From an archaeon (lineage in GTDB: Archaea > B1Sed10-29 > WALL01), in assembly GCA_042584585.1 (NCBI GenBank), contig JBHOSQ010000002.1:57808-121807 (forward strand): a stretch of 64,000 nt of DNA, in the 5' to 3' direction. Position 1 is the stretch's first letter, and the number at the start of each line of letters is the position of its first letter. The notes under the pieces are model-generated. The model was given only the letters and a program-made list of their open reading frames with translations. It had not been told where the DNA came from and ran no database searches. The position numbers and the translations under genes are program-made. Below, piece after piece: positions 16,453 through 28,200 of this stretch.

Positions 16453-18718
16453 TCCTCCTCGAAACCAATTCCTTCACGAAGCCTTCCTTCACCCACTGCT
16501 TCCACTCGTCCAACACCTTGGGGTAGTCGACGGCGCCGATTTCCCGGCGCGACTGCTCCTGCATAAGCACGTACTTGTCGTTCGCGCGCACGGTGTAGCC
16601 CGCCTCGAGCAAGCCGGGGATTTTGTACTCGTTCTTCATGTCCACCATGAACTGCTTGGAAGAAGCGCGGTGCTGCACGTCCTCCCAAATCATGTCAATG
16701 TCCATGCCACGGCGGCTCTGGATTTTCTTGAAGAACTGCGAGTTCTCGAAAATGTTGTCCTTATGGACCGTTTGGGTGTCGGTCGTCGCGTCATAGGTCA
16801 TCAAGTCGATGAGCCCACCCTCGCGCCCCGGGTCCTCGTACCAGGTCTTCCCGACCTCGGTGATTTCCACGAGGCGGCGCGTCTTCTGCAGCGAGCCCTT
16901 GAACCGAATCGGCGCCGACACAATGCACATGTCCGTCGCCTTGAACGAAGTGTTCGGGACGCCGAGGTCGTTGACCACGCGGTCCCAGACCGAGTAAGCG
17001 TTCTCCGCGTGAATCGTCCCCATGACTACGTTGCCGACGGCGCCGACGCGCATGGCCTCGTAAAGCACAAGCGCTTCCTTCGAGCGGACCTCGCCCATAA
17101 TCAGGACAGAGTCGCCGAGGCGCAGCGCGGTGCGCAGCGCGTCCTCGGGCGATACCTCGGAGCTGATTGCACCGACAGTGATTGCGGAGCGCGTCTTCAG
17201 GCGGCAAATGTTGTAGCCGGTCTTGCGCATGTGCTCGACCGGCAGCTCAAGCGTGTCCTCGATTGTGATGATACGGAGCGACGGCAAAATCTCGAGCATC
17301 AGGCTCATCATCATCGACGTCTTGCCGGAGCCACGGGAGCCGACAATCAGTGACGACGCCTGCGCGTCGATGAGGAACGACAACAGGCCCGCGACCTCCG
17401 GCGTAATCATCTTCACGCCGATGAATTGCGGGAGGGTCCACGGCGTCCCCTTGTGGAGGCGGAGCGCGAACGCGACGCCGTCCGGAGACAGCGGCGGCCC
17501 GATGGTCGCGGTGCGGGTGTGGTACTCGTGCAGGTCGAAGTCCAAGACACTGTGTGCCTCGTCGAACGGCCTCCCGGACAGCGAGCGGAACCTGGAAATG
17601 ATGGAGTTCGCCTCTTCACCGGAAAAGAACACGTTGGTCTGGCACGGGCCGTAGTCGCTGTGCACGACGTAGACCGGCTTCTGTCCCAGTGGCGCGTCGA
17701 TGTATACGTCGGTCAAGCGCTCGTCGCTGAGGAGAAGGCCCATCATGCCGAAGCCAACGGTGTAGCGCGCGACGATTTGCGCGAGCTGCTTTACGTCCGA
17801 CTGCGTGACTTCGATGTCATTTTGCCTCGCCAAGTCGGCGATTGTTGTCTCGTAGATGCGCATGAAATAGTCTTTGCTCGTCGCGAGCTCGGTGAACTCC
17901 AGGCCCTCGGGGTGGTACTCGCTGACTATTTCTTTTGTCTTGCTGAGCAGGAAGTATTGCTCGGGAGTGAGTGCGTACTCGGGCGGGTTGATGTGGTACA
18001 AGTACTCGATTTTTTCGGGGTGCTTGTAAATCGTGACGGTCGTTCCCTTGACAGTGTACTGGTCGAGCAACTCGATTTGCTCGGGAAGCTTGAACAGCAG
18101 GCGCGAGCCGATGAACGACGGCTTTAGCTGGGCCTCGAAAACCGTGTGGTAAAAGCCCCTTCCGGGTGGGAGCTTCTTCAGCTTTCTGACGTAGGTCTTG
18201 AGCCGCTGGATTAGGTCGGTGGCCTCGAAGTTTGCCTTGATGTATTCCAAAGTAGTGAGGTACGTTTCGGTGCACTTCTTTTGGTCTGGCGGAAGCTGCG
18301 CGAGCGTTGCCTTTTCGCGCTGGATTGCCTCGACGCATTTCAGGTAGGCACGAATCGGGTCGGTGCGGAGCAGGTCAGAAGCAATGTTAACGACCAGGTC
18401 GTGGCGCGTCGGCAAGTACTGGGAACACGCGTCCCCGCCCAAGTACTGCGGCGACCAAACCCCTTTGACGCGAAGCCGCTGCACCAGCTCGGCGAGCTGC
18501 TTGAGCATTCGCGTCTGCTCTTCGTCGTAGACTCGCTCGTAGACTTCGGCGAGCACCACGCGGTCTGCGTCGGTCTTGCCAAGGTATTCGATTACCTCGG
18601 ACATACGCTGCGGATAGTCCGCGATGCTAGGCCCATAAGACGAGCCGCGGCAGTCAATAATCAGGTACTTGGTCGTACCCTCACTCTTGACAGTGTAGGG
18701 GCTCTTTTCCTCAGCCAT
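16415..18718 (-). CDS. Type II/IV secretion (FlaI/VirB11-family) ATPase with long N-terminal domain
   Basis: GSRGSGKTS, TIEDTLEL, ALRLGDSVLIMGEVR, GTIHA; start MAEEK at 18718 lies 24 bp from a TATA-like box (18742-18749). Confidence 0.9.
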   Translation of the reverse strand: MAEEKSPYTVKSEGTTKYLIIDCRGSSYGPSIADYPQRMSEVIEYLGKTDADRVVLAEVYERVYDEEQTRMLKQLAELVQRLRVKGVWSPQYLGGDACSQYLPTRHDLVVNIASDLLRTDPIRAYLKCVEAIQREKATLAQLPPDQKKCTETYLTTLEYIKANFEATDLIQRLKTYVRKLKKLPPGRGFYHTVFEAQLKPSFIGSRLLFKLPEQIELLDQYTVKGTTVTIYKHPEKIEYLYHINPPEYALTPEQYFLLSKTKEIVSEYHPEGLEFTELATSKDYFMRIYETTIADLARQNDIEVTQSDVKQLAQIVARYTVGFGMMGLLLSDERLTDVYIDAPLGQKPVYVVHSDYGPCQTNVFFSGEEANSIISRFRSLSGRPFDEAHSVLDFDLHEYHTRTATIGPPLSPDGVAFALRLHKGTPWTLPQFIGVKMITPEVAGLLSFLIDAQASSLIVGSRGSGKTSMMMSLMLEILPSLRIITIEDTLELPVEHMRKTGYNICRLKTRSAITVGAISSEVSPEDALRTALRLGDSVLIMGEVRSKEALVLYEAMRVGAVGNVVMGTIHAENAYSVWDRVVNDLGVPNTSFKATDMCIVSAPIRFKGSLQKTRRLVEITEVGKTWYEDPGREGGLIDLMTYDATTDTQTVHKDNIFENSQFFKKIQSRRGMDIDMIWEDVQHRASSKQFMVDMKNEYKIPGLLEAGYTVRANDKYVLMQEQSRREIGAVDYPKVLDEWKQWVKEGFVKELVSRRNALAKVKPKAKE

Positions 18719-18753
18719 CCTGCTTAAAAACGTGGGGGGAGTATATAAGAGTA

Positions 18754-19269
18754 ATGCTGCTCGAAAAGCGGAAAGGGGTAAGGTTTGCTGTTGGGACCGC
18801 GGTATTCGGCGGATTGGCGTACCTCGTTGCCTCGGGCCTGATGCCCGTGCTGAAGCCGTTGACCGCGGCAATGTCGGCAGCGGTGCTGTCGCTTTTTGGC
18901 TCGGCGTATTCCCAGGGCGCACTCGTTTTCTTCAACTCGCTTTCTGTGCAAGTGATTCCGCTTTGCGTGGGCGACATTGAGATCGCCGTCTTGGCGGGCG
19001 CGATGTTCGCGACCGAGGACCGCACGGTGCGCGACCGAATCCTTGGGGTAACGGGCGCGTTTGTTTTCGTGATGGCGATTAACTCCTTGCGCATCGCGGC
19101 GACGCTGCTCGCGTGGCAGGCGTGGGGAATCGGCGCGGTCGAAGCCGTACATTCCGCGCTGTTCCGCACGACACTGGTTGTCGCAATTGTCGGGTTTTAT
19201 GGGGCCTGGTATTTGCGGGACGTGATTGGCGAAAAGGTTAAGTTGCACAAGCTGCTTAAAGAAAGGTAA
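18754..19269 (+). CDS. Exosortase/archaeosortase-family protein
   Basis: VIPLCVG (Cys), NSLRI (Arg), AVH (His) in a multi-TM protein. Confidence 0.8.
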   Translation: MLLEKRKGVRFAVGTAVFGGLAYLVASGLMPVLKPLTAAMSAAVLSLFGSAYSQGALVFFNSLSVQVIPLCVGDIEIAVLAGAMFATEDRTVRDRILGVTGAFVFVMAINSLRIAATLLAWQAWGIGAVEAVHSALFRTTLVVAIVGFYGAWYLRDVIGEKVKLHKLLKER

Positions 19270-20084
19270 TGCCCCTCCTCAAAAAAAAGAAAAAGCTGAA
19301 GCCTCGAGCGATAGCCCAGCAAGAAGGCGGGATAAAGGAAGGATTTATCCACGGCTCGATTCCACTGAGGGGAAAGGAAAGGGGTTTCGCGCGCATCACG
19401 CAAGCCGTCGGCCGCGCACTCGCGCCAATCATCTGGAGGAAGGCGAAGCGCGAGGCGCTGGAGGAGCACGGCAAGGCAATCGAAAATGTGTGGGGCACTG
19501 ACGAGTACAACAAGTTCGCCGGGAAGTGGGGCGTCACCCACGACGACGTGCACCTGATGGGCGAGCGGGCGAGGCGGCTCATACACTGGAAGACTCTGGT
19601 CGAGAGGCACGAGGAGCTGTGGGGAGAAGTAAAGACCAGCAAAAGCAAGGCAAGCGATGCCCTGAGACTTGTCGCGGAAAAGGGAGTAGACATCGACAAG
19701 CTTGAAGAGAAAATCGTGGAGCTTGAAGGGAAAATCCAGGTGCTCGAGCAAAAGAGAGTGGAGGAAGCGCCAGTGGTGAAAGAAGAGAAGCCGCTGAAGG
19801 GGTGGCCATTGCCGGAAGAAGAACTGGAAGAAAAGGAGCCTCTACGGGAACTGCAGCCAATCACTGACGACGATGGCTTGAGCAGCGGGGCAGTGCCGCG
19901 AAAGACGCAAAAAGCCAAGCGGCAGAAGAGTGGGGAAAGGGGAGTGCCTGAAAGCATGATTCTTGAAGTCGTGAGGGGGAAAGACGTGTCGCCGAGACCC
20001 GACGATACACTGCTGCGGGACAAGCACACATACGATTTGGTGCCAAAGAAAAAAATCAAGCAACTGAAAAGCGGAAAAGCTTAA
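19269..20084 (+). CDS. Hypothetical charged protein with coiled coil
   Basis: Translationally coupled to the sortase gene (TAATG); IDKLEEKIVELEGKIQVLE heptads. Confidence 0.6.
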   Translation: MPLLKKKKKLKPRAIAQQEGGIKEGFIHGSIPLRGKERGFARITQAVGRALAPIIWRKAKREALEEHGKAIENVWGTDEYNKFAGKWGVTHDDVHLMGERARRLIHWKTLVERHEELWGEVKTSKSKASDALRLVAEKGVDIDKLEEKIVELEGKIQVLEQKRVEEAPVVKEEKPLKGWPLPEEELEEKEPLRELQPITDDDGLSSGAVPRKTQKAKRQKSGERGVPESMILEVVRGKDVSPRPDDTLLRDKHTYDLVPKKKIKQLKSGKA

Positions 20085-20111
20085 ATTGCCCCGCTTGGTA
20101 ACGGGGAGTGA

Positions 20112-22208
20112 ATGAAGAATAAGCGTGGCTTCGCTGTCTTTACCCCAATGGTGGGCTTGCTCGTCATCCTGATTACAATGCTCATAGTGTCATCCATAAT
20201 CGCGAACGAGCGCATCGCGGTGCAGGGCAGCGTCAAGTCGTACCGCTCGAGCGAACTCGTCAACCTCGCGTCCGAGGCGCAGACCACCGTGGTCGAGCAG
20301 GTCCGCACCGCAATCACTTCGCGGCTCGAAAAGTTTTACGAGGGGACCGGCGAGCCGGTCATGAAAATAAAAGTTTTGGATTGCCCACCCCCTGACATAG
20401 CGGACAACATAAACTTTGACGAGCCAGAGTGCGACGACGGAACGAACACGTACCCCTGCGTTTGCGACGATGAAGGCACGCCGTGCTTCGCGGAAGAGAC
20501 TTGCTGGGGGCAGACCTTCAACGAAGTAAACCTTACGGCTGGGAATGAGCTGATAGGCAAGGGCCTTGTCAAGTCAAGCATCGAGCACACGCTCGCGGCA
20601 ATCGCGAACAAGTACGACCTCGCAAGAATAGAGCCGAGCGACGTCGAGCTCGACGAGGCAATAACGGGCATCGAGTTTCTGGACTGCGAAATCGACTATG
20701 ACCCGTTCCGCCCCGACGAGAGCGGTGACTGCGGCGACGGCAGGATACGCGTCACTGTCGACTTCAGCGAGCTCGAGGGCAAGCCCATCGCCGAAGTCAT
20801 AAGCGAGGGCAAGCGGCTGCAGGTGTTCATGCCCCCCGAGCAGAGAGAGTACACGACGAACGAGCCGTTCATGCAGTACGCGAAGCTGACGGCGGACCTG
20901 TTCAACCAATTCCAATTGCTCAACGAAAGCTGGCACGGCGCCGGCGGCGAAGAAAGCCACAACCCCAACTACAAAGAGACCGACGGCAGCGAGTGGTACC
21001 ACTACAACTACGCGGAGCACGATAGGTATTATGGAACGCCGGGGAAGAACACGTTCGCGAGCGACTGGGCGCCCGGCTTCGCGGTCGAGCAAAGCAACTT
21101 GGGCGCGGTCGACCCGTACGATTATTTCGATGACGGCGAGACGCTTACTGATTATATACAAGAGCTTCTTACGCCCGCGCGCAAGCGCGTGAAGGGCGCG
21201 GACGTAATCACCGGCGAGGAAGACACGCAGAACTTTCGGTTCGACACCTCGTTCGACGACGACAACAACTGGGCGAAGCTTCTTAACTTCGTGTCTGGGT
21301 ATGCCACGGACGAGGAAGGCAAGACCGGCAGCACCATGAGCTTGGGAAGCAGCGTGGCAAAGCAGGGAACCGTTTTCCCGGGCGGGTGCATCTCGCCTTC
21401 TGCTACGCCGGGGGCATGCGCGACGTCCGGCATTGTCTACAACTGCCTTGTGCCGGACACCACGTTCGACAACATCCAATACAGCTCAAGCACGATTGTC
21501 GTGAACACCAGCGCGGACTACGACAAGAAACTGACCGAGCGCATGGGCGACCAGGTCGACGGAATGCTCGAGAGCATCCTCGACAACGGCCAAATCCTGA
21601 ACGGCCTCGGAGTCGGGTTCGATAAGCCACTGGATTACAAATTGATTGTGACTTCAAAGCAGTACTACGCTGAAGGAAAAGGGTTTTCGGGCGGGGACAA
21701 CTGGCGGTGCGGCCAGTTCCTTACTCTCTATCAAACCAGGAGCGCTGGCACGACCTGTTCCGGCATACGGCAGAATTTCGGTGGGGGCAAAGATGTGTAC
21801 GCCAATTGCGTCGCGGGCTCGTGCAGCACGCCGTGCGCCGGAGGAAAAGGCGGCAACTGCCCGTGGTTCATTTCCGAGCCGATTGACTGGGAATGCAGCT
21901 CCAGGACGCTTTACCGCGTGGAAGAAACGTACCGCCTCTACCGCAGCACGACCACGAGCGCCGAGCCCACGCGGCCCGTGTTCATGGCCGAGTACAACCG
22001 GGGCAAAGACGCGTACCCGGAAGTGGCTGCCGGAGGGCATGACACAGGCCTGTGGACGTTTTCGGACAAATACCTGGACATCACCTCGAAAGATGACGCA
22101 AAAGACTCGGGCAGCGACGAGGTCAGCAGCCTCCGAAAATGCACTTACACGTATACTACCGAGGATGGCGGCGGCTTGGAGTACGAGTGCAGCTGGATTC
22201 CGGGGTGA
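20112..22208 (+). CDS. 698-aa pilin-like adhesin (class III signal peptide, Cys-rich)
   Basis: MKNKRG/FAVFTPMVGLLVILITMLIV; many Cys. Confidence 0.75.
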   Translation: MKNKRGFAVFTPMVGLLVILITMLIVSSIIANERIAVQGSVKSYRSSELVNLASEAQTTVVEQVRTAITSRLEKFYEGTGEPVMKIKVLDCPPPDIADNINFDEPECDDGTNTYPCVCDDEGTPCFAEETCWGQTFNEVNLTAGNELIGKGLVKSSIEHTLAAIANKYDLARIEPSDVELDEAITGIEFLDCEIDYDPFRPDESGDCGDGRIRVTVDFSELEGKPIAEVISEGKRLQVFMPPEQREYTTNEPFMQYAKLTADLFNQFQLLNESWHGAGGEESHNPNYKETDGSEWYHYNYAEHDRYYGTPGKNTFASDWAPGFAVEQSNLGAVDPYDYFDDGETLTDYIQELLTPARKRVKGADVITGEEDTQNFRFDTSFDDDNNWAKLLNFVSGYATDEEGKTGSTMSLGSSVAKQGTVFPGGCISPSATPGACATSGIVYNCLVPDTTFDNIQYSSSTIVVNTSADYDKKLTERMGDQVDGMLESILDNGQILNGLGVGFDKPLDYKLIVTSKQYYAEGKGFSGGDNWRCGQFLTLYQTRSAGTTCSGIRQNFGGGKDVYANCVAGSCSTPCAGGKGGNCPWFISEPIDWECSSRTLYRVEETYRLYRSTTTSAEPTRPVFMAEYNRGKDAYPEVAAGGHDTGLWTFSDKYLDITSKDDAKDSGSDEVSSLRKCTYTYTTEDGGGLEYECSWIPG

Positions 22209-22257
22209 ACCTTATATATATTCAGAGTAGCATAACTTTACAAGCCGAGGGATTTCC

Positions 22258-25200
22258 ATGGATTTGAAAACTATTTATTCCCAACTGGAAGAAAAGTGGT
22301 ACGGCCTTCTTGACGCAATAGACTCGAAAGGCATTCCTGTGTACAAGGCCATCGACCCCATCGAAAACGCGGGCATTCCGTCGCTGCCGCTTGTGGCTGG
22401 CATATTGATTGTGTTCATCGCAATCGCTGCCTACATGATGAGCGGGGCCGCGCCGGACCTGGTTGGGGGCGACTATGTTGTCACAGTGCTCGACACTGAC
22501 GGTAACGCGATAAAGGGCGCGACAGTCGCGATGATAGTCGACGCGGATGCTGTGGCGGAAGAAAACACTAATTCCAGGGGCGAGGCATACTTCAGCCTCG
22601 ACGCCAACAAGGAATACCAAGTGGAAGTCACTACGGACTTATGCGGCAGGGAAGTCGACTTGTTCGACACCGCCGACATGGACTCCATTGAATTAACAGT
22701 CGAATGCGTTTCACCGGAATTCGCGGGCTGTTCCTCACTCGGCGAGGACAAGCTCGTGACCCAGCTCGCGGACGACCAAAACAACCTCCCCGCGGCATGC
22801 ACCATGCGGGTATACGACTCACAGAACGAGGCCATCGACCACCCGTTCAAGGTAACGAGCAACGGCGAGCTCGACATCTCGGGAAGCGGCAGCTGCCCCG
22901 AGGACAACAACCGGGCACTCATCGACTGCCAATACCACAAGTGGGAAGGCACGGTCTCCGGGATGTACAACGAGCTGCAATTGTTCGGCCAGCTGACCCT
23001 AGTGGTCAAGGAAGACGTCCAGCCCGAAACCCCGGTCTACCTCCCGCCAGTCGAAATAACGCGTGACATTTACGTCAAGGTCCAGAACACACAGGGCACC
23101 CCCCTCGAGGGGACGGCCGTCTCAATCGTTGACTCCAACGGAGACCCGCTGCCGCTTCTGCTCGCGGGCGTGGTCGGCGAGGCAATCACTGACGCCACCG
23201 GAAGCGCAAAGCTCGTGCTCCCCGACCAGCAAGAGTTCCACGTGCACCTTGAGGACGCCAACGGCGCGTACCAGCCGTACACGTCTGCGTCGTCGTACAA
23301 GGCAACGCTCACCCAAACACAAAACCAAATCATACTCAACATGGCCAATGGGTTCGAAACCACCATCTACGTGAAGGAAGAGGCGCGGCAGACCGCAATC
23401 GCGGACGCCACGGTCACCGTAATGCGCGACGACAAGGTCATCTCCCAGGGCACGACCAGCAGCGGCGGCTCGTACAAGGTTAGCCTGCTCCAGTCGGCAC
23501 AGTACCAGGTCGACGTGACGCACCCCCAGTTCTTCGCTGGGACTGCAACGGTCACCGGCGCACTCGACCAAAGCGTCTTCATGTCGCCCATCGACGCGAC
23601 CAAGACCGGCACCATCATCGTGGACACGTTCACCGCGACCGGAGTGCAGGAAGAGTTCCCGCAGGTTCGCCTCCAGCTCTACTCCAAGGACGCGAACAAC
23701 ACGCGCTGGATGAGCTGCATCACGCCCGGCAACGGCAGGTGCGTGTTCAGCAAGGTCAAGCAAGGCACTTACTACATCACCGCGACCCCGCCCGGAGCAA
23801 TCTCGGAACAGTCGTTCCCAGCGTTCCAGGTAGTCGCACAGAACACAACCGTCCAGAAAATCAGCGTCATGCCAAACCAATTGACGCTCACCGTGCTCAC
23901 CGAAGTAATGCTCAGCGGCGACGCCGTGCGCAAAAAAGACGTTGAGGTGACGCTGTGGAACGCGGACTACAACGAGCCCGTCGACACCAAGGAAAGCGGC
24001 ACCACACGAAAAGTCGATTTCACGCTGGACCAGGGCACACGGTACTTCCTCGTGGCCGAATACGTCGACACCCAAACCGGCACCAAGTACGGCCCGGTCA
24101 AGACCAGCGCCACGACCATGACGCAGCACAGGAAGACAAGCATCACGCTCACCCGCGTCTCCGAAGAAGTAGACGTCACCACTCCGTTCGAAATCGAGAA
24201 GGGCACCGAAGCCACGCTCACCATGCGGATGAGCCTGCCCGAGTACAGGCCCAACCAGCCGTACGAGTCGGCGACCATGGAAATGTTCTTGGGGGATCCG
24301 GGCAGTGTCCAGGACATCAAGCGCACCCCGTTCGTCATCCAGCCAATCCACTTGAGTGACGTCTCGTCGCAGGAACCGTTCGTCGCATCCGTCGAGAAGG
24401 CGGACGAATACCAGTACGAGTCCGAGCCAAAGCCAGACAACGACGGCGTCTCGAAATACATCAAGATCACAATCGGCCACTACACGCAGCCGACGACTTA
24501 CACAGTTGACATACCCGTGTACGCAAAGGCACTGGCGTCCAGCGGCGAAGTCAAGATAAGCTACCGCGCGACGTGGACAGCCGGCGGCGAAGAAGTCACG
24601 AGCAACGAAGGCCTGTGGGCAGAGAAAACAGTGTCACTGGTCGGCGACAGCGAGGCAGACACCGCGCTGGAAACAGGCGACTTCTATTCCTACGAGGCGT
24701 ACTTCTCGAAGCAGCTCGCCGGCGGCTCAATCCTAGAGCCGGACGTGCCCAACGGCTCGCCGTTCTACCTGCACGTCAAGGCCAAGGCCCGCTCCGCAGT
24801 CCAGTCGTGGAGCGTTGACGCAAACAACCTGCCCGACAAGGCAGAGGCTGTTGCCTATTCCGGCAGCATCAAGCGCGCCGCCGGGGGAACTGTCGAAATC
24901 GCGGAGTTCGCGCTGAGCGGCTCTGACTTTACCATTACCAATTCCGAAGAGGCGTACGGCCTAGAGAAAGACGACGAGCTCACACTTGTCGTGGCACTCC
25001 GCGCCAAGGAGCGCGGCAAGGGCACGCTCACACTGTTCGGTGACTACGACAACTCCTTGTCGTACGAGGTCACGCGCGAGGCGCGCGTTGGCACGACCCC
25101 AATCGCGGGCGTCGAGGCAATGATTGTAGCGTCGTCCAACTTTTGCATCCCCGGCTATGACAACGGAGACGAAAGCGGAAACTCGTGCTACATGGACTAC

Positions 25201-28200
25201 CCGGAGGGCGAGACCCTGCCGACCAACAACAAGGACTTCAGGCTGCAACTGTCATTGACCGGCGAGGCCAGCGCAAATGTTCTGGTCGAGGCGGCGGACT
25301 CCACCATCAAGTTCGCGGACACACAGGCCAATTATTACGAGACGACCGTCGACACGCCGAAGACCCTGCTCATCGAGGGGCACGGCACGTCTCTCACCGA
25401 CAACCTGATGAGTGTCTACATCTGGGAGGCCGGCGGCACCAAGCCAACGGCTCCAGCGATGACCGTCGTGTACGGCCCGGTGGACTACCGGATGCTCGTG
25501 ACCCCGTTCAACACAGGCCTTGCAGAGCTAGGGGTCAGCGAGACGACCGACGAAATCCAAGTGAAAATCATGAAGGGCACCCTTGGCACAGAGCAGACCG
25601 TCACTGCGGACGCGGAAGTCCAGGTGCTCACCGGCACAAGCAGCGGCGCCGCGGCGCTGGTGCTTAGCGCAGAGCCGTACTACAAATACACAGTTGACCC
25701 ACTCCTGCCGCCGCAGAGCGAGGAAGGGGTCAGCATCACGGCGGACAGCCCGTACTTCGGCAGGCTCGAGTACGAGTCCGGTGTCTCAGGCCTTGAGTTC
25801 ATTCCCAAGTTCCCCGCGCTCATGTTCGAGAAAGACGTGTTCGCGCTGGGCGACACACTCAACGACGAAGTGGAAATCAAGAGCACGTGGGACGAGCCAG
25901 TGCACGTAACCATGAACAGGCTTGAGCGCGATGGCTGGGACATACTCATGACCGTTGCCACGTTCTCTTCGAGCAACGTGCCGCTCGACACGAAGAGCGG
26001 GACCGGCATCGGCGAGGGCATTGACATTCCCGCCGGTGGAAGGGCAGAAATCAATCTTGCCGCGACCGCGAAAAGCACGCGCTGCAGGCTAGAGCTCACG
26101 CCAACCATCCTGGAGCTTGAGGTGGACAAGGTCGCGGCAACGCCGCACTACACAGTTGACCTCAAGTGCCAGATTGACGAGGGCGAGATGCCGTCGATTG
26201 ACGCGGTCGGCGTCGGCCAGTACGTGGCGCGGGAAGACCTGCCGCCCGGAAAGATAACGGCGGACTCGTGTGCCGTGGCATCGGACGGCGACTACGCGTT
26301 CGTGTGTGACGCCGAGCAGCTGAGCGTCGCGATTGCCAAGGCGGCGGACGCATTGTTCCTCGACCCGTCCATCATCAGTGACGCGCAGTTCTACGCGTTC
26401 GGCAACGACGAGTTCGGCGCGGCGATAATGGACACCGCGGTAAACGAGAACACTGCCGAGGCAGGCATCCAAGCGATTGACAACGTGTTCAACAAGGAAA
26501 GTGCGGCCGTGTCGTCGACGAGCAACGACCTCTGGCTTGTGGGCGATGCCGAGTGCGGCATTGTGCAGGTGACGCTCGAGAAGATGAACCTTGACGAAGA
26601 CATCAAAGTGACTTTCACCATGGACAACAGCAGCACCTGGTGCAATGACGCGAGCTCGCACTACATCATGGGGCTCATGAACTACGACAAGACCCTGCGC
26701 CCGGACTTCGGGAGCTACATGTCTTTCCAGGGCGAGGCACAGTTGTTCCTGGACGCAATCGCGAAGGCCAAGGAGCAGGGCAATGACATTGACGCGACCC
26801 TGATATTCGGCCACGACGCCTACAACACGCAAAAGCGCACGGGCCAGGAGGCCATGACCTTCTTCACTTACCAAGAGTGCGAGAAGGGCGACTCCAGCGA
26901 CTGCCCGACGTTTGCGGCGAAGCGCGTGAGCGACGACTTCCCAGTAATCGGATACTACCACGTGACCGACCGGGACGACATACTGATTGGAATGGTTTAT
27001 GACGAAGACAAGATTGTGGGCCCGGGCGGGGCTTACACCTTAATACCCAAGTATAGGATGGCGTTCGCCAAGGCCATGACTATTTACTTCACGACTGGCT
27101 TGACCGACGGCTGGGGCGTTGAGAACTCGGGCTGGCCAGTGTTCAACAAACAGAATTTCCAGATGACCATGAGCCCGGCGCACTACGGGTTGGCAGACCA
27201 ATTGATTGACCTCACGGGCCCAGTGCTAAGCGACTTTAAGATTTACGGTTACACGCCGTTCATGGAAGGCAGGCAGGAAAGCATGGTTGGGAGCAAGGAC
27301 GTTGACATCGAGTTCGTCGTCACTGGCGACCCAGACGTGTGTTTCATCTCGAACCTTGACGCGAGCGGCCAGGCAATCCAGGAAATCCCGTCCGCCGAGT
27401 TCCTGCATCAGGGCAGCTACCAAGTGCTTTCGATGCCGTGGGAGCTTATGGAAGGAAGTGGATTGAAGTGGGTTAGCGCGTACTGCGTGAACGAGTTTGG
27501 AATCCCATCGCACAAGCTCAGGGCGAACATAACTCTTGACGACAGCAAGATGAAGCTCGTGCGGCCATTGCCAAGAATAATCACGACCAACAAGGCAGTG
27601 ACTTCGGTGCCGACGACCAAGGACTGGACCCTTGAGGTTCGGGACAGGTACTCGCCGCTGCAGTTCTGCCAGCTGAAGCTGCCTGATGGCACCTATGACA
27701 ACATCGAGGAGTGCGACGACAACAACGACGGCAAGTTTGAAGACACGGTTGACACCGTGGATAATAACAACAACGGCGTGCCAGTGAGCTCGGACAATCC
27801 GTCCGGCCCGAGGGTGATTGAGAAAACAGACATAGCCTCATACCTCGACGGCTGCTGCAAAATTACACCCAAGTCCGTGCCTGGAGAGGCGGGGTATTAC
27901 TTCATCGACGAATTGACGTGCTGGTCGCCGTTCATCACCGAGATGGACGCGGCAACTGAAGTCGAGCTGGAGTGCAGAGACGAGAGCGGCAACACCGAGT
28001 CGCTTGGCACTGTCAGCATCTGGAGGTACAGCGACGACAAGCCTGACTTCGAGGTGCCGGAAGACTTCATCATGAGCACGGACTACGACTTCAAATACCC
28101 GCAGGACCGGCAGATGCAGCCGTCGGACAGCACATTCCACTTCAACTTGCCGGACATGCCTTCGGGCGCGGAAGGAAAAGCAGTATTTGGCGACTTTGAG

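Noticed and set aside
10766-18718. Archaellum operon
   Set aside because: No recognisable archaellin, ArlH, ArlF/G or chemotaxis genes; the pilins are of divergent types.
18719-18922. N-terminal extension of the ATPase in the ORF track (similar cases at 4029, 5672, 10811 and 45692)
   Set aside because: The extensions run over TATA boxes, palindromes or neighbouring genes; downstream starts fit better.
23122-24480. Long antisense ORFs over the giant genes (also 30782-31780, 39202-40137, 16364-17353 and others)
   Set aside because: Shadow frames expected from GC-rich codon bias; they overlap well-supported genes and show no motifs.
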